Positions 1-9,543 of a stretch of 64,000 bases of DNA are shown piece after piece. Below the pieces are notes generated by a model, which was not told the DNA's origin, ran no database searches, and saw nothing but the letters and a program-made list of their open reading frames with translations. The DNA is taken from positions 1-64,000 of the forward strand of contig JABCTZ010000041.1 in NCBI GenBank assembly GCA_018238155.1. Direction: 5' to 3'. The stretch is from Candidatus Heimdallarchaeota archaeon. Lineage in GTDB: Archaea; Asgardarchaeota; Heimdallarchaeia; JABLTI01. Numbering within the stretch: the stretch's first letter is position 1; each line of letters starts with the position of its first letter. Both the position numbers and the translations under genes were made by a program.

Positions 1-1
1 A

Positions 2-205
2 ACTTCATCTGACCATGCTGAATTTGGATTTTTTGTTTCGGTAATAACAGAAAATTCTTCTGCTACTATACATTGGTGGTATAATATACTTGTTACAGGG
101 AAATATTCAGCTGCAGGAGTTCTCATGATAAGTGGAACATTAATCTTAATATCCTTGGGAGTTATTATTCGCTCCAAAAGAAAAGCTATTGGAAATCGGA
201 ATTAG
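2..205 (+). CDS. 3' part of a membrane-anchored surface protein, paralog of 6154..6774 and 7027..7605 (runs off window start)
   Basis: Hand translation of frame 2: ...VITENSSATIHWWYNILVTGK-[hydrophobic TM]-RSKRKAIGNRN*. Shares the NS(S/N)AT(I/V)xWWY motif with the two paralogs. Not in the ORF track. Confidence 0.8.
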   Translation, partial: TSSDHAEFGFFVSVITENSSATIHWWYNILVTGKYSAAGVLMISGTLILISLGVIIRSKRKAIGNRN

Positions 206-397
206 CTTTTCTACTACATTTTTTTCTCCTTTTACTTTTTATCTATTATAAAAAATCTATTATCCTTTTTTCCTCTCAATATCTCTATCAAATGGCTATT
301 TCATTATGTATCTCTCTTTCCCTTCTCTATCTTTTTATACTTCTCTTTCCATTTCTTAGTAATTATTAACTAACCAAAACCTAAGGAGGTCTATCTG

Positions 398-773
398 ATA
401 ACTGTAAAAAAAAGATTGGAAGCAAAAACAAGCTGATCTCAAAGAGCAAATAACAGACGCTATCGTTAAACTTGCCAATCAAACTGAAAAAGCTTGTATC
501 TCAGAGGAAATGCAAAAACATCTCCAATTGATGTCCAAGTTCCACAAATATTCCTATAACAATATTCTGTTAATTCTATGTCAGCAACTGAACGCTTCCC
601 ATGTTGCTGGATATACACCTAACAAAGTTGTCAGAATCAATAAGTGGAAAAAGCTCAACCGATTCGTAAGAAAAGGTGAGAAAAGAATTGCTATCTTAGC
701 ACCATGCATATACGAAAAGAAACGTCTCGATGTTCAAACAGGCGAGGAAGTCAAGCTTTATCCAATAGATTAG
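398..773 (+). pseudogene. ArdC-like N-terminal ssDNA-binding (antirestriction) domain relic
   Basis: FHKYSYNNILLI..Q..ASHVAGY..KWKKLNRFVRKGEK.I.ILAP is the ArdC-N signature. The frame is open back to 408. A GGAGGT SD at 385-390 is followed by ATA instead of ATG and a frameshift in an A8 run. The C-terminus is truncated. Confidence 0.75.
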
Positions 774-1139
774 ATACAAATTGATACTTAATTTTGATAG
801 TAGGACTAACATTTTTTTCTGCTGTTTTGTACTAGCTTTTTTAGTTTTTGTTGGCTTAAAGAATTTGTATAGGATTTTCCATTGACCCTCATTAAGTCAT
901 CTAATCTATCATCTTCAATAACCTTTAAATCTTATTTTTTAAAGACCATGAGTCTTCGTCAATATTTAAGAGTGTTTAAAAAGTTAGTTAAGTTTTAAAA
1001 AATATCTTAAATGTTAATATAAAATAATAAAATGCTATTATAATAACAAACGGTATTAATAAATAATATATACTCAACTTCAGTTAAATTTTAAATATGA
1101 TGGATTATTGTCATATATTAAATGAGAAGCACATAAAAA

Positions 1140-1601
1140 TTGAAGGTATATTCATTGTCAAAAATAAAGAAACTATTTGATAGCAATAAAAAAGAACAAA
1201 CTGTAGAAAAATCTACAAGGAAGGCTCTAACAAAAACCCCAAAGGATGTAAATGAGATATTTTCTGAAGTTACATCAATGAGAGGAGTGCTTAGTTTAGA
1301 TATTTTTGATTGGTCAGGAAACATGCTTTATTCTTATTATCGTTGGGGAAAATCAGATAATATTTTAGAAGAAAAGGATTTATTTGAGCTAGTAAATTAT
1401 ATTAGAAAACAACTCAAAAAAATAGGGCAAAAAAAATTACAGTATTTACTTTTAAAATCAGAAGATATGAATATTGTTGTAAATTCAACTGAAAAAATAA
1501 TTACCATAATCCATTGTGAAAGCAGGACAAAGCTTCCTCTTTTAACAATTCATACTAAAAGAGCTACTATCAAATTATCAAAACAAATTCTTAATGAATG
1601 A
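1140..1601 (+). CDS. Roadblock/LC7-like domain protein with N-terminal extension
   Basis: helix-GVLSLDIFDWSGNML-helix-LQYLLLKSEDMNIVV-KIITIIH-LPLLTIHTKRATIKL pattern; directly upstream of a small GTPase. Confidence 0.7.
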   Translation: MKVYSLSKIKKLFDSNKKEQTVEKSTRKALTKTPKDVNEIFSEVTSMRGVLSLDIFDWSGNMLYSYYRWGKSDNILEEKDLFELVNYIRKQLKKIGQKKLQYLLLKSEDMNIVVNSTEKIITIIHCESRTKLPLLTIHTKRATIKLSKQILNE

Positions 1602-1650
1602 TTTTAAAGTTGTTTAATTTCTTAATAAAAACAAAGAAGTTAAAAAGCTA

Positions 1651-2337
1651 ATGCATCTTAATAATGTTATGCCACAGAGAAGAAAATCAACTACAACACT
1701 TACTCAACAAAATCTACAAAGAAATCTACCGCTTGAAAAGTCTGATAAGCCTATACTGAAAGTTTCTATTGCAGGTATTGGTGGAGTAGGTAAAACTACC
1801 TTGTGCCAAAGAGCTTTGGGTAGTATATTAGAAGATTATTATTCCAATTATAAAATAACTATTGGTGTACAATTTTTTACTCATAATGTGGTTACAGATA
1901 TTGGTGAAGTTGTTTTGAGCGTGTGGGACCTTGCAGGTCAAGATCAATTCCAAGAAATTGTTAATCGATTTTTAATTGGTAGTAGTGGAATAATTCTTGC
2001 CTACGACAGCACAGACATCAACAGCTATTTTTCTTTACATCATAGATGGATGCCATTAATTGAGGAATTTTGTGATCCAAATATACCAATTATTTTAGTT
2101 TCAACTAAAAATGACTTAGAAGATGATAAAGAAGTAGACCCTAATTTAGTGCGTGATTTTATTTCCTCAAAAGAAGAACACAATCAAAACATTATCGAGT
2201 TTTTAGAAACTTCATCAAAAAGCAATATAAATGTGAATGAAACATTTGACATTTTGGTTAACAACATAATAAATAAGAAAATTGAAGAGTATCAAAAAAA
2301 GAATAACGACGCTAAATTATCCAAGATTGTAAATTAA
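1651..2337 (+). CDS. Rab/Ras-like small GTPase
   Basis: G1 GIGGVGKT, G2 TIG, G3 WDLAGQ, G4 TKND, G5 ETSSK. Confidence 0.93.
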   Translation: MHLNNVMPQRRKSTTTLTQQNLQRNLPLEKSDKPILKVSIAGIGGVGKTTLCQRALGSILEDYYSNYKITIGVQFFTHNVVTDIGEVVLSVWDLAGQDQFQEIVNRFLIGSSGIILAYDSTDINSYFSLHHRWMPLIEEFCDPNIPIILVSTKNDLEDDKEVDPNLVRDFISSKEEHNQNIIEFLETSSKSNINVNETFDILVNNIINKKIEEYQKKNNDAKLSKIVN

Positions 2338-4031
2338 TCTTTACAAGTTTCTTGTGCTTCTTTAATAATTGCAGTAAAGGTTCTGTAAATTTCTAAGAAT
2401 GATTTTGAGTAATCGAAGCCCAATTTGTAATCTGAAGGTTCAATGTACAATTCCAAAACAATATCTATTGATTTTAAAGGATCTCTTTCTGTTACCATGA
2501 AATTGAAATTGAAACCGATTTTATATTTCTCTTCAGCATGTATCTTGTCATTTTTATAATTAGAAATTGTTTCTTTTATTATGTAAAGATTATTGTAATG
2601 GAAAATTCTCGGATCGATAAACCGGTATTTTTTAGAGATCAATTCTGTGATTTTTTCAGTAAATTTTTTCAAGTTTTTTTGGTAAATTAGTGAGCTTATA
2701 TAATGTCTTTCTATTATAGAGTAGGAGATATTTTTTTGTAAAATTTCTTTCATTTTTGTATAAACACTTTTTTCAGTTGTATCTCCTTTGTCTATTTCTT
2801 TGAATTTGGTTCTCAAAAAGTTTGCATTCAACTCATCTATTACTTGTATTCTACTGAAAAACAGTAAATTCTTATTTAGCATTAACAATGTGTTATTAAA
2901 CAAAGTGTATTCTGAAATAGTTCTTGCATATTTGAAGGCATAGAAATCATTATTATCAAAGAAAGAGATGGTATAGGATAAGGGAGTTACATATTCAACA
3001 ATAACTTCATCTTCTAGTTTGAAGGTTGAAATTTCTTTTAATATATCAATAAGGATATCCTCTCGAGTAAATATTGGTAATTTCTTAAGGTTAAGAGTGA
3101 GCTTCTTAACAACAGTTGATGGTTTTCGGTTGATCCATACAGACATTGGTTCTACCGTTTTCTTCTCATCATCTTCAATGTTATCAATAAATTTTCGATA
3201 GTAATTTGCTATATTATGATTCATTTGAGAGGCAAGAGGTAAAATAATTGTTAGAAGACCCTGCTCTAAACCATTTATTACTAAGGCGGTTAGAAAGTCC
3301 TCTGCTTCTTCAAGAGTAGCTACAGTTGCAAAATCAGTACAATTCTTTAATATTAATTTCATTTGTTCTTCAATTGTCGAGAAAAAAGTTTTTTTATTCT
3401 CTGTTGAATGTAATTTTTGAAGAATGGATGAACAATAACTATTTTCGATGCCGTTTTTGACATGATTTTTTGGTAAATTTACAATAAGAGAATCTTCATA
3501 TAATTCAATATTTTTGGGTTTAGTTCCTATTATTATAGCATTGCTTTTGTTAGTAGTCCAACATTCTACTTGAGATATTCTATGTTTCGTAAAAGCAGTT
3601 ATTGCTAAACAAGTAGATTCAACTTCAGTTTTTTCTCCAAGGAAGACTATTTGTTGACCAATAATTGCTCCGAAAATTACTTGGGCTAATTGTTCACCTA
3701 GTTTTTTATGCAGATAAATAAAACCATTATGTTGTTTAGCATCTAAAAATTGTGCTTTTTCTAATAAATTTGTTTGATGAAGTTCAGCTAAAGTTACAGG
3801 ACAGCTCACTTTTTGTCGTAAAGCTAAATTTTCATCAAAATAAAGCATAAAAGCTATTTGTTCATCCAAGCATTGATGAATAACTACTACTCTAAAAATC
3901 CCACCAATTGCACTATCTTTTTCAGATTTTTTGATTGGAACCTCAATGGAGTTGCCACAATTCTCACAAAGAATATGATGAATATAACCTATTCCATTAT
4001 CATTTTTAGCATGAATATCATTAATTTTCAT
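2334..4031 (-). CDS. Asgard-type protein with N-terminal Zn-binding domain and putative folliculin/DENN-like core
   Basis: 565 aa ORF; CENC...HQC at the N-terminus; LAQVIFGAIIGQQIVFLGEKTEVESTCLAI resembles the folliculin/cDENN core; paralog at 33881..34867. Confidence 0.55.
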   Translation of the reverse strand: MKINDIHAKNDNGIGYIHHILCENCGNSIEVPIKKSEKDSAIGGIFRVVVIHQCLDEQIAFMLYFDENLALRQKVSCPVTLAELHQTNLLEKAQFLDAKQHNGFIYLHKKLGEQLAQVIFGAIIGQQIVFLGEKTEVESTCLAITAFTKHRISQVECWTTNKSNAIIIGTKPKNIELYEDSLIVNLPKNHVKNGIENSYCSSILQKLHSTENKKTFFSTIEEQMKLILKNCTDFATVATLEEAEDFLTALVINGLEQGLLTIILPLASQMNHNIANYYRKFIDNIEDDEKKTVEPMSVWINRKPSTVVKKLTLNLKKLPIFTREDILIDILKEISTFKLEDEVIVEYVTPLSYTISFFDNNDFYAFKYARTISEYTLFNNTLLMLNKNLLFFSRIQVIDELNANFLRTKFKEIDKGDTTEKSVYTKMKEILQKNISYSIIERHYISSLIYQKNLKKFTEKITELISKKYRFIDPRIFHYNNLYIIKETISNYKNDKIHAEEKYKIGFNFNFMVTERDPLKSIDIVLELYIEPSDYKLGFDYSKSFLEIYRTFTAIIKEAQETCKD

Positions 4032-4385
4032 CTAAAAAACCTTCAAGTGTAAGATATTTGAATATGAGAATTATAGAAATAACTATTTTATAACCTTTGT
4101 TAACAGATTTTTTTTGAAATTAATTAGATAGATTATCAATAATTATTTTCCAGATTTTTTTATGCTCTTCAATAATACTATTTATTCTATTATTGATATA
4201 CTCACACATGTCCTAAAACTTTGATAACAATTATATTATAGAGTTTTTTCCTTGCGAGAGTAGATATTGAAACAATACTATTCAGAAATGATATGATATC
4301 ACGGATACATGAGAAACGATTTTTTTTAAATTATAAACAAGACTCTTTTTAACTTTAAACTAGTGAAAATTAAAAGCATATTTTA

Positions 4386-4577
4386 TTTTTTCTCCGACAT
4401 AATTTTTTTTTCAGCAATATTTATTATTGTATCTTCCCTTTGTATCTATTGAATAGTTCTTTTTCTTGAATTATTCAGAGGAGTGGAAAGAATTTGGAAA
4501 GAATTTGGAAAGAATTTGGAAAGAATTTGGAAAGAAAGCAGGGCTAATGGTATTTATTATGATCGTTTTTTTAGCAA
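4386..4577 (+). repeat. Direct repeat copy 1 (upstream region plus 5' end of the peptidase gene)
   Basis: Near-identical to 6794..6952 apart from a few substitutions/T-run differences and three extra 11-bp units. Confidence 0.95.
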
Positions 4578-6148
4578 TACCTGTTGTAACAACATCTGCA
4601 CAGAATGCTATGAAAGGGGATCCAGTAATCATCTGTGTATCTTCTGAATTGATACGTGCAAAAGAACGAACAGCAAGAACAGAAGATGCTTCGTTTGGAG
4701 ATATCATCTTTCATTTGGATGTGCAATTAAAAGCAGTGAAACATTTCACCTCAACAGCGAATGCTACGTTAAGGTTCAAGGATATTGCTAGTTTAGCAGT
4801 AGAACAAACGATGACCGGAGAAAAAAATGAGCCGAAAATACTGCAAAGCCAAACGACCTGGAATGCTATGAGACGTGGAAAAACACAAAGTGCTCTTCAA
4901 CCGTTCGCAATTACAGGTTTCCAGCGTTTACCCGAAAGAATAGCCTTTGAGTTGGATATTACTTATAGAAATCCCAACGACAATGAGCTATATGTCACGA
5001 CATTATCAATCATCCCAGGGATTCCTGATGCAACGATTGATATAACATATATCTCTGATCCTCCAAATAGACCAAAGGGAGATGTTGTACCAATTACCAT
5101 TAAAGTAAAGAACACTGGTAGTGAATACGCTATCGGATTATTTGTTGCAGTTAGAGTAAAGTCGATAGGAGCCGGAACAACTATCCATCAACCGTATATT
5201 AATGGTGCTTATGATAGTATCGTTTTACGTACATCTCGAACAGTCTTAACTATGTGGGAATTTATGGCTCCACAATCAGAGATAACTATCAATTTTAACA
5301 TAGCTTGTGTTAGTTATTCAAATGGTGCGCTGAATATTGGGTTATGGGAAATAATTCAAGTGGAAGCTTATGCATATAATTCACCAACAGTATATTCAAA
5401 TGCCATCGTTGATCCTGAATTTAGTGTTACTGCAAAAAGTAAAAATAACGGACCACATGCAGTCTTTATCTACTATCTTTGGAACTCAGGTGGCACAGGT
5501 AATAATTGGGGTGGGGATAATCCGAAGAATTATTTTGTCAATGGCTTTGGAGATGTTAAAGCAGGATTATGGCGATTTAGCACCTATGATAGCAATATAC
5601 CTGTCCTTATCAATCCAATGATTGCTTATGATGACCACACCTGGAGTATACCTTTAGGGATGCATAGCACTACACAAATGATAAACAACGGAAGAGTTCA
5701 TGTAGCATCAAAACTGGGAATCAACGAATGGAAAATAGCAGGAGGACAGTCATTTCGCAAAAATTGCGGATTTGATCTTATCTTAATGTTAGCAGGTAAA
5801 AGAGGTGATGTTGCTGGCTTGGCTTCAGGTAATTGCGCCGTTGCTTGTAAATGGAGAGCTGGTTTACCATCAGGTCCTAATTGGAGAAAAAATATTGATG
5901 GTATTGTACAACACGAAGTTTCTCATTTGTTTGGATGTAGGGATGTTATTGGTGGACATCAAAAAGTAGAATGTATAATGGCATATTTTTATGTGAAAAT
6001 TTGGATTTTTGATTATTTTCATTCCTACATATATGAACATGCAACAAGAACTTGGGGACACCAAGAAAATCATTGGCATAGTTCTTGTACTTGTCAGTCT
6101 GACTTTAATACCGGCTGGGAGTATTACTATACAATAAATTTAGATTAA
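4466..6148 (+). CDS. Secreted zinc metallopeptidase (metzincin-like) with Ig-like/CARDB-type middle domain; true start may be 4505 or 4547
   Basis: Signal peptide KKAGLMVFIMIVFLAIPVVTTSA; ITIKVKNTG beta-sandwich motif; QHEVSHLFGCRD (HExxH) followed by ECIMAY Met-turn. Confidence 0.8.
   Translation: MNYSEEWKEFGKNLERIWKEFGKKAGLMVFIMIVFLAIPVVTTSAQNAMKGDPVIICVSSELIRAKERTARTEDASFGDIIFHLDVQLKAVKHFTSTANATLRFKDIASLAVEQTMTGEKNEPKILQSQTTWNAMRRGKTQSALQPFAITGFQRLPERIAFELDITYRNPNDNELYVTTLSIIPGIPDATIDITYISDPPNRPKGDVVPITIKVKNTGSEYAIGLFVAVRVKSIGAGTTIHQPYINGAYDSIVLRTSRTVLTMWEFMAPQSEITINFNIACVSYSNGALNIGLWEIIQVEAYAYNSPTVYSNAIVDPEFSVTAKSKNNGPHAVFIYYLWNSGGTGNNWGGDNPKNYFVNGFGDVKAGLWRFSTYDSNIPVLINPMIAYDDHTWSIPLGMHSTTQMINNGRVHVASKLGINEWKIAGGQSFRKNCGFDLILMLAGKRGDVAGLASGNCAVACKWRAGLPSGPNWRKNIDGIVQHEVSHLFGCRDVIGGHQKVECIMAYFYVKIWIFDYFHSYIYEHATRTWGHQENHWHSSCTCQSDFNTGWEYYYTINLD
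4484..4536 (+). repeat. 11-bp tandem repeat TGGAAAGAATT x4 plus a partial unit
   Basis: Units start at 4484, 4495, 4506 and 4517, with a partial unit at 4528. Confidence 0.95.
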
Positions 6149-6153
6149 AAAAT

Positions 6154-6774
6154 ATGAGGAAAACAAACATGATTAAAAAGGAAATAATGAACAACAACGG
6201 ATTTCGAAAGAGGAAGAATGCGAAAATAACAACAATAATGGCATTCTTCTTGGTAGTTATATTCACCATTAGCATTTTCAACGCTATTCCTACCTGTTTT
6301 GCTGCTACTTCAAGCTCTTCTAGTTTATCTATAACAGAAAGAATCTTTGAAGAACGATTCGTAGATAATGAATCTATACAATTAATAACGCTAACTTATT
6401 TTCGCGACACAATCATTCATATCAACATCACTGTTCAAATACAATCAAATTCAAGTGTGTATATTTACCCTCTAGGAATACATCGAGAAGATTTTTCACC
6501 TCAACAGACTAACACTACACTTGCGCCAGGGAAATCGTTTGCTGAGAGTTATAAATTTACCGGTAATGCCGCTGGAGGGTTCTTCTACTTTTGTAATTGT
6601 ACACTTGTTAATAGTAATGCAACTGTTCTATGGTGGTATGATGTTATTTATTCAGCAAAACCAGATAACGGATTCATTGGTATAGACTTTCTATTCATCC
6701 TCGGAGCAGTTATTCTTTCAACAATGGCTTTTGTGTTCATCGCAAAAAGAAAATCCAACAAAAAGAATGAGTGA
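6154..6774 (+). CDS. Membrane-anchored surface protein, putative partner of the upstream peptidase
   Basis: Starts 5 bp after the peptidase stop; signal peptide, beta-rich domain, C-terminal TM plus KRK tail. Confidence 0.8.
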   Translation: MRKTNMIKKEIMNNNGFRKRKNAKITTIMAFFLVVIFTISIFNAIPTCFAATSSSSSLSITERIFEERFVDNESIQLITLTYFRDTIIHINITVQIQSNSSVYIYPLGIHREDFSPQQTNTTLAPGKSFAESYKFTGNAAGGFFYFCNCTLVNSNATVLWWYDVIYSAKPDNGFIGIDFLFILGAVILSTMAFVFIAKRKSNKKNE

Positions 6775-6793
6775 TCATTCTTCCCCCTTTACT

Positions 6794-6952
6794 TTTTTTC
6801 TCCGACATAATTTTTTTTCAGCAATATTTATTATTGTATCTTCTCTTTATATCTATTGAATAGTTCTTTTTTTTTGAATTATTTAGAGGAGTGGAAAGAA
6901 TTTGGAAAGAAAGCAGGGCTAATGGTATTTATTATGATCGTTTTTTTAGCAA
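6794..6952 (+). repeat. Direct repeat copy 2 (one 11-bp unit plus a partial unit)
   Basis: Matches 4386..4577; identity ends at TTAGCAA. Confidence 0.95.
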
Positions 6953-6994
6953 AACCAATATAATTGGCATATATTTTATGCTCCAGCTACATAA
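6874..6994 (+). pseudogene. Internally deleted second peptidase gene (5' stub plus probable 3' tail)
   Basis: Encodes LNYLEEWKEFGKKAGLMVFIMIVFLA, matching the peptidase N-terminus, then in another frame NQYNWHIFYAPAT*, which resembles the peptidase end FNTGWEYYYTINLD*. Confidence 0.6.
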
Positions 6995-7026
6995 ATAATT
7001 TTCTAGTAAATAAAAAAGGTGATAAT

Positions 7027-7605
7027 ATGAAAAAAATATACAAAGGTACTTACCAAGGGAGAACAAAAGATATTTTACAGCTGATTCTTATCTTATCTAT
7101 CTGTATTTTTATACAGATACATTCTACTACTGGGTATTCATTTAACCCTACTAAAAAAGCCTTGACAAATTCATATACTGAAAAGATATTTTTTATTAAA
7201 TGGAATTCTGCGAGAGAACTTAACTCCCCACATCTTTATCCTGGTGGTGCGATTTTCGTGAATTATACCGTGTCAGTAAATTCCAATTCAAATGTCTCCT
7301 TTATCACGTTCTTTGATGATGGAATTACTTGGACACCATTAAAAAATAACTTTACTTTGGTTCCGGGAGAAAACTCTTTTCAAACATCTACCATGGTAAG
7401 GAGTAGTTATGATAGCATTGCTGCTTTATCTTACAATACTGTTATATTAACCGAAAACTCCAATGCTACAGTTATTTTTGGTTATAATGTCATCAATTCA
7501 GGAACAGATCCTATTTCTCTTCCTACAGGTATTTTTCTTTTTGGCTTCATTGTTCTTTCAAGTATTATTTCAATTACTAAAAAAAAGAGAAATAAGACAC
7601 ATTAG
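7027..7605 (+). CDS. Membrane-anchored surface protein, paralog of 6154..6774
   Basis: GGTGAT SD before ATG 7027; shares N.TV...SNS.V, TL.PG and NSNATV..Y.V; C-terminal TM plus KKKR. Confidence 0.8.
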   Translation: MKKIYKGTYQGRTKDILQLILILSICIFIQIHSTTGYSFNPTKKALTNSYTEKIFFIKWNSARELNSPHLYPGGAIFVNYTVSVNSNSNVSFITFFDDGITWTPLKNNFTLVPGENSFQTSTMVRSSYDSIAALSYNTVILTENSNATVIFGYNVINSGTDPISLPTGIFLFGFIVLSSIISITKKKRNKTH

Positions 7606-7768
7606 TCTAGATTCTCTTTTCATTTTTGTTAAATATATAAATAAATCACGGTTATAATTTTTCATTAATAAACAAAGTAAAAGCTAATAGGTCGTAGAAA
7701 AATATCATCACAAGAACGATTAGCGTTTTTAATGAGCTATTTTTTCTATGGGAATAGTAATTTTGAAA

Positions 7769-8635
7769 TTATTTAGACAAATTTTCAATTATTATTTTCC
7801 ATATTTCTTTTAGCTCTTCTGCAACACAATTTTTTGGCATTTCCAATATACTCTTACGTGCAATGATACTTTGAGGAACAATTGTATCATAAGGTATTTT
7901 TCCGGCAAGGACAATACCATTTTCTTTACAGAATTTCTCTATTTCTTGAGTTATCCGTTCATTCAAATCGCTTTTATTTATGCATACAAGAGCTTTTACG
8001 TTAAAATGGATTGTCACATCTAGAATACGTTTTAGGTCATGAATTCCACTTAACGTTGGTTCCACAACAATGAGTGCTAAATCTACTCCGGTTATTGAGG
8101 CGATGACAGGGCAACCAATACCTGGAGATCCATCAACAATAACATATGTTAGGTTTTTTTCTTCAGCAATTTTGCGAGCTTCTTTTCTTACTGTGTCTAC
8201 AATTCGTCCGGAAGAGCCTTCACCAATTTCCATATTTGCATGGACAAAAGAACCGAAGCGTGTATTTGATATTAATATTCTTGCAGATAAAAATGCTTCA
8301 AGAGTCAATGCTTTTTCAGGGCAAACACGTATACAGAGACCGCATCCTTCACATCGATATCTATCATATGTATCTGCAGTGATAGCATCAAATTGACAAT
8401 GTTCTCCACACAAATTGCATTTTTTGCATAAATCTTCATTACGAACAACTTTCTTGGAAATGTTCAAATCTGTTGTAGAAATTATTTCTGGGTGAAGTAT
8501 TAGATGCAAATCAGGTGCATCTACATCTGCATCAGCCATTACAGCACTACCTTTTGCCAGATAAGCTATCCCTGCTGCAACTGTTGTCTTTCCTGTACCT
8601 CCTTTCCCACTAATAATTGTAATTTGTTTAACCAT
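7769..8635 (-). CDS. MinD/ParA-family P-loop ATPase with inserted 4Fe-4S ferredoxin domain (COG1149)
   Basis: SGKGGTGKTT, DADVDAPD, two CxxCxxCxxxC motifs, DGSPGIGCPV. Confidence 0.92.
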   Translation of the reverse strand: MVKQITIISGKGGTGKTTVAAGIAYLAKGSAVMADADVDAPDLHLILHPEIISTTDLNISKKVVRNEDLCKKCNLCGEHCQFDAITADTYDRYRCEGCGLCIRVCPEKALTLEAFLSARILISNTRFGSFVHANMEIGEGSSGRIVDTVRKEARKIAEEKNLTYVIVDGSPGIGCPVIASITGVDLALIVVEPTLSGIHDLKRILDVTIHFNVKALVCINKSDLNERITQEIEKFCKENGIVLAGKIPYDTIVPQSIIARKSILEMPKNCVAEELKEIWKIIIENLSK

Positions 8636-9476
8636 TAAATTTAACTCTCCTCTCGATTTCTGCATATAAATTTTGGAATCGTTTTTTCCATTCAGGCATT
8701 ATTTCCACTAATGATTTTCCTTCAGAATAAGCCTTAGCAATTTCTTTTTCAAAAGGAATTTTCATTAATATTGGTATATCTTCCTTTTTACAGAATTCTT
8801 CTACTGAATTATCCCCGCCCAATCCGTCACGATTAATGATCACTCCAAAAGGTATTCCTAGACTTTTAACTACGTTTACTGCAATTGTTAAATCATACAG
8901 ACCAAAAGGAGTTGGTTCAGTAACTAATATGCAATAATCAGTTTCATTTATTGTTTCAATGACAGGACATGAATTTCCCGGTGGGGCGTCTAATAGAGCA
9001 ATAGAGTTGTTTTTAATTTTTGATTTTACTTTTTGAATGACAGGTATTCCTCTTGGAATTCCAATATCTAATAATCCATTAACAAATTCGATGGAATCAT
9101 ATGCTTTCCCAATATTAATTTCACCTACACAGAATCTCTGTTCTGAGATTGCATCTTCAGGACAAACAAATTCACATGCTTTGCAGCTCATACACAATTC
9201 CTTGAAAAAGATAATAGTATTTGGTAAAGCTACCAATGAATTAAACTCACATGCTTCAGCACAAAGACCACATTTTGTGCATTTTTCATCATCAATTAAA
9301 GGATTGTAAACAGTAACGCTTTCTGTTGTCAATATTGTTGGTTTAAGGAAAATATGTGCATTTGGTTCTTCTACGTCACAATCAAGAAATTGACATTCTT
9401 GTAATGAGATTGCGAGATTAATTGCTACTGTTGTTTTTCCAGTGCCACCTTTGCCACTTGCTATGCTAATTTTCAT
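8628..9476 (-). CDS. MinD/ParA-family P-loop ATPase with inserted 4Fe-4S ferredoxin domain (COG1149)
   Basis: SGKGGTGKTT, DCDVEEPN, two ferredoxin motifs, DAPPGNSCPV, TEPTPFG. Confidence 0.92.
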   Translation of the reverse strand: MKISIASGKGGTGKTTVAINLAISLQECQFLDCDVEEPNAHIFLKPTILTTESVTVYNPLIDDEKCTKCGLCAEACEFNSLVALPNTIIFFKELCMSCKACEFVCPEDAISEQRFCVGEINIGKAYDSIEFVNGLLDIGIPRGIPVIQKVKSKIKNNSIALLDAPPGNSCPVIETINETDYCILVTEPTPFGLYDLTIAVNVVKSLGIPFGVIINRDGLGGDNSVEEFCKKEDIPILMKIPFEKEIAKAYSEGKSLVEIMPEWKKRFQNLYAEIERRVKFNG

Positions 9477-9543
9477 ATTGTTTGCCTACTATGCTTGATT
9501 TTCATAATAAAAGAAATTAAAAAAGAAAAAAAGAGTAATTCTG

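Noticed and set aside
806-949. Minus-strand 48-codon frame MVFKK*DLKVIEDDRLDD...
   Set aside because: Internal stop, short, and no recognisable family; cannot be supported as a gene
4484-4536. CRISPR-like repeats
   Set aside because: Units are 11 bp, head-to-tail with no spacers, and no cas genes are present; this is a VNTR
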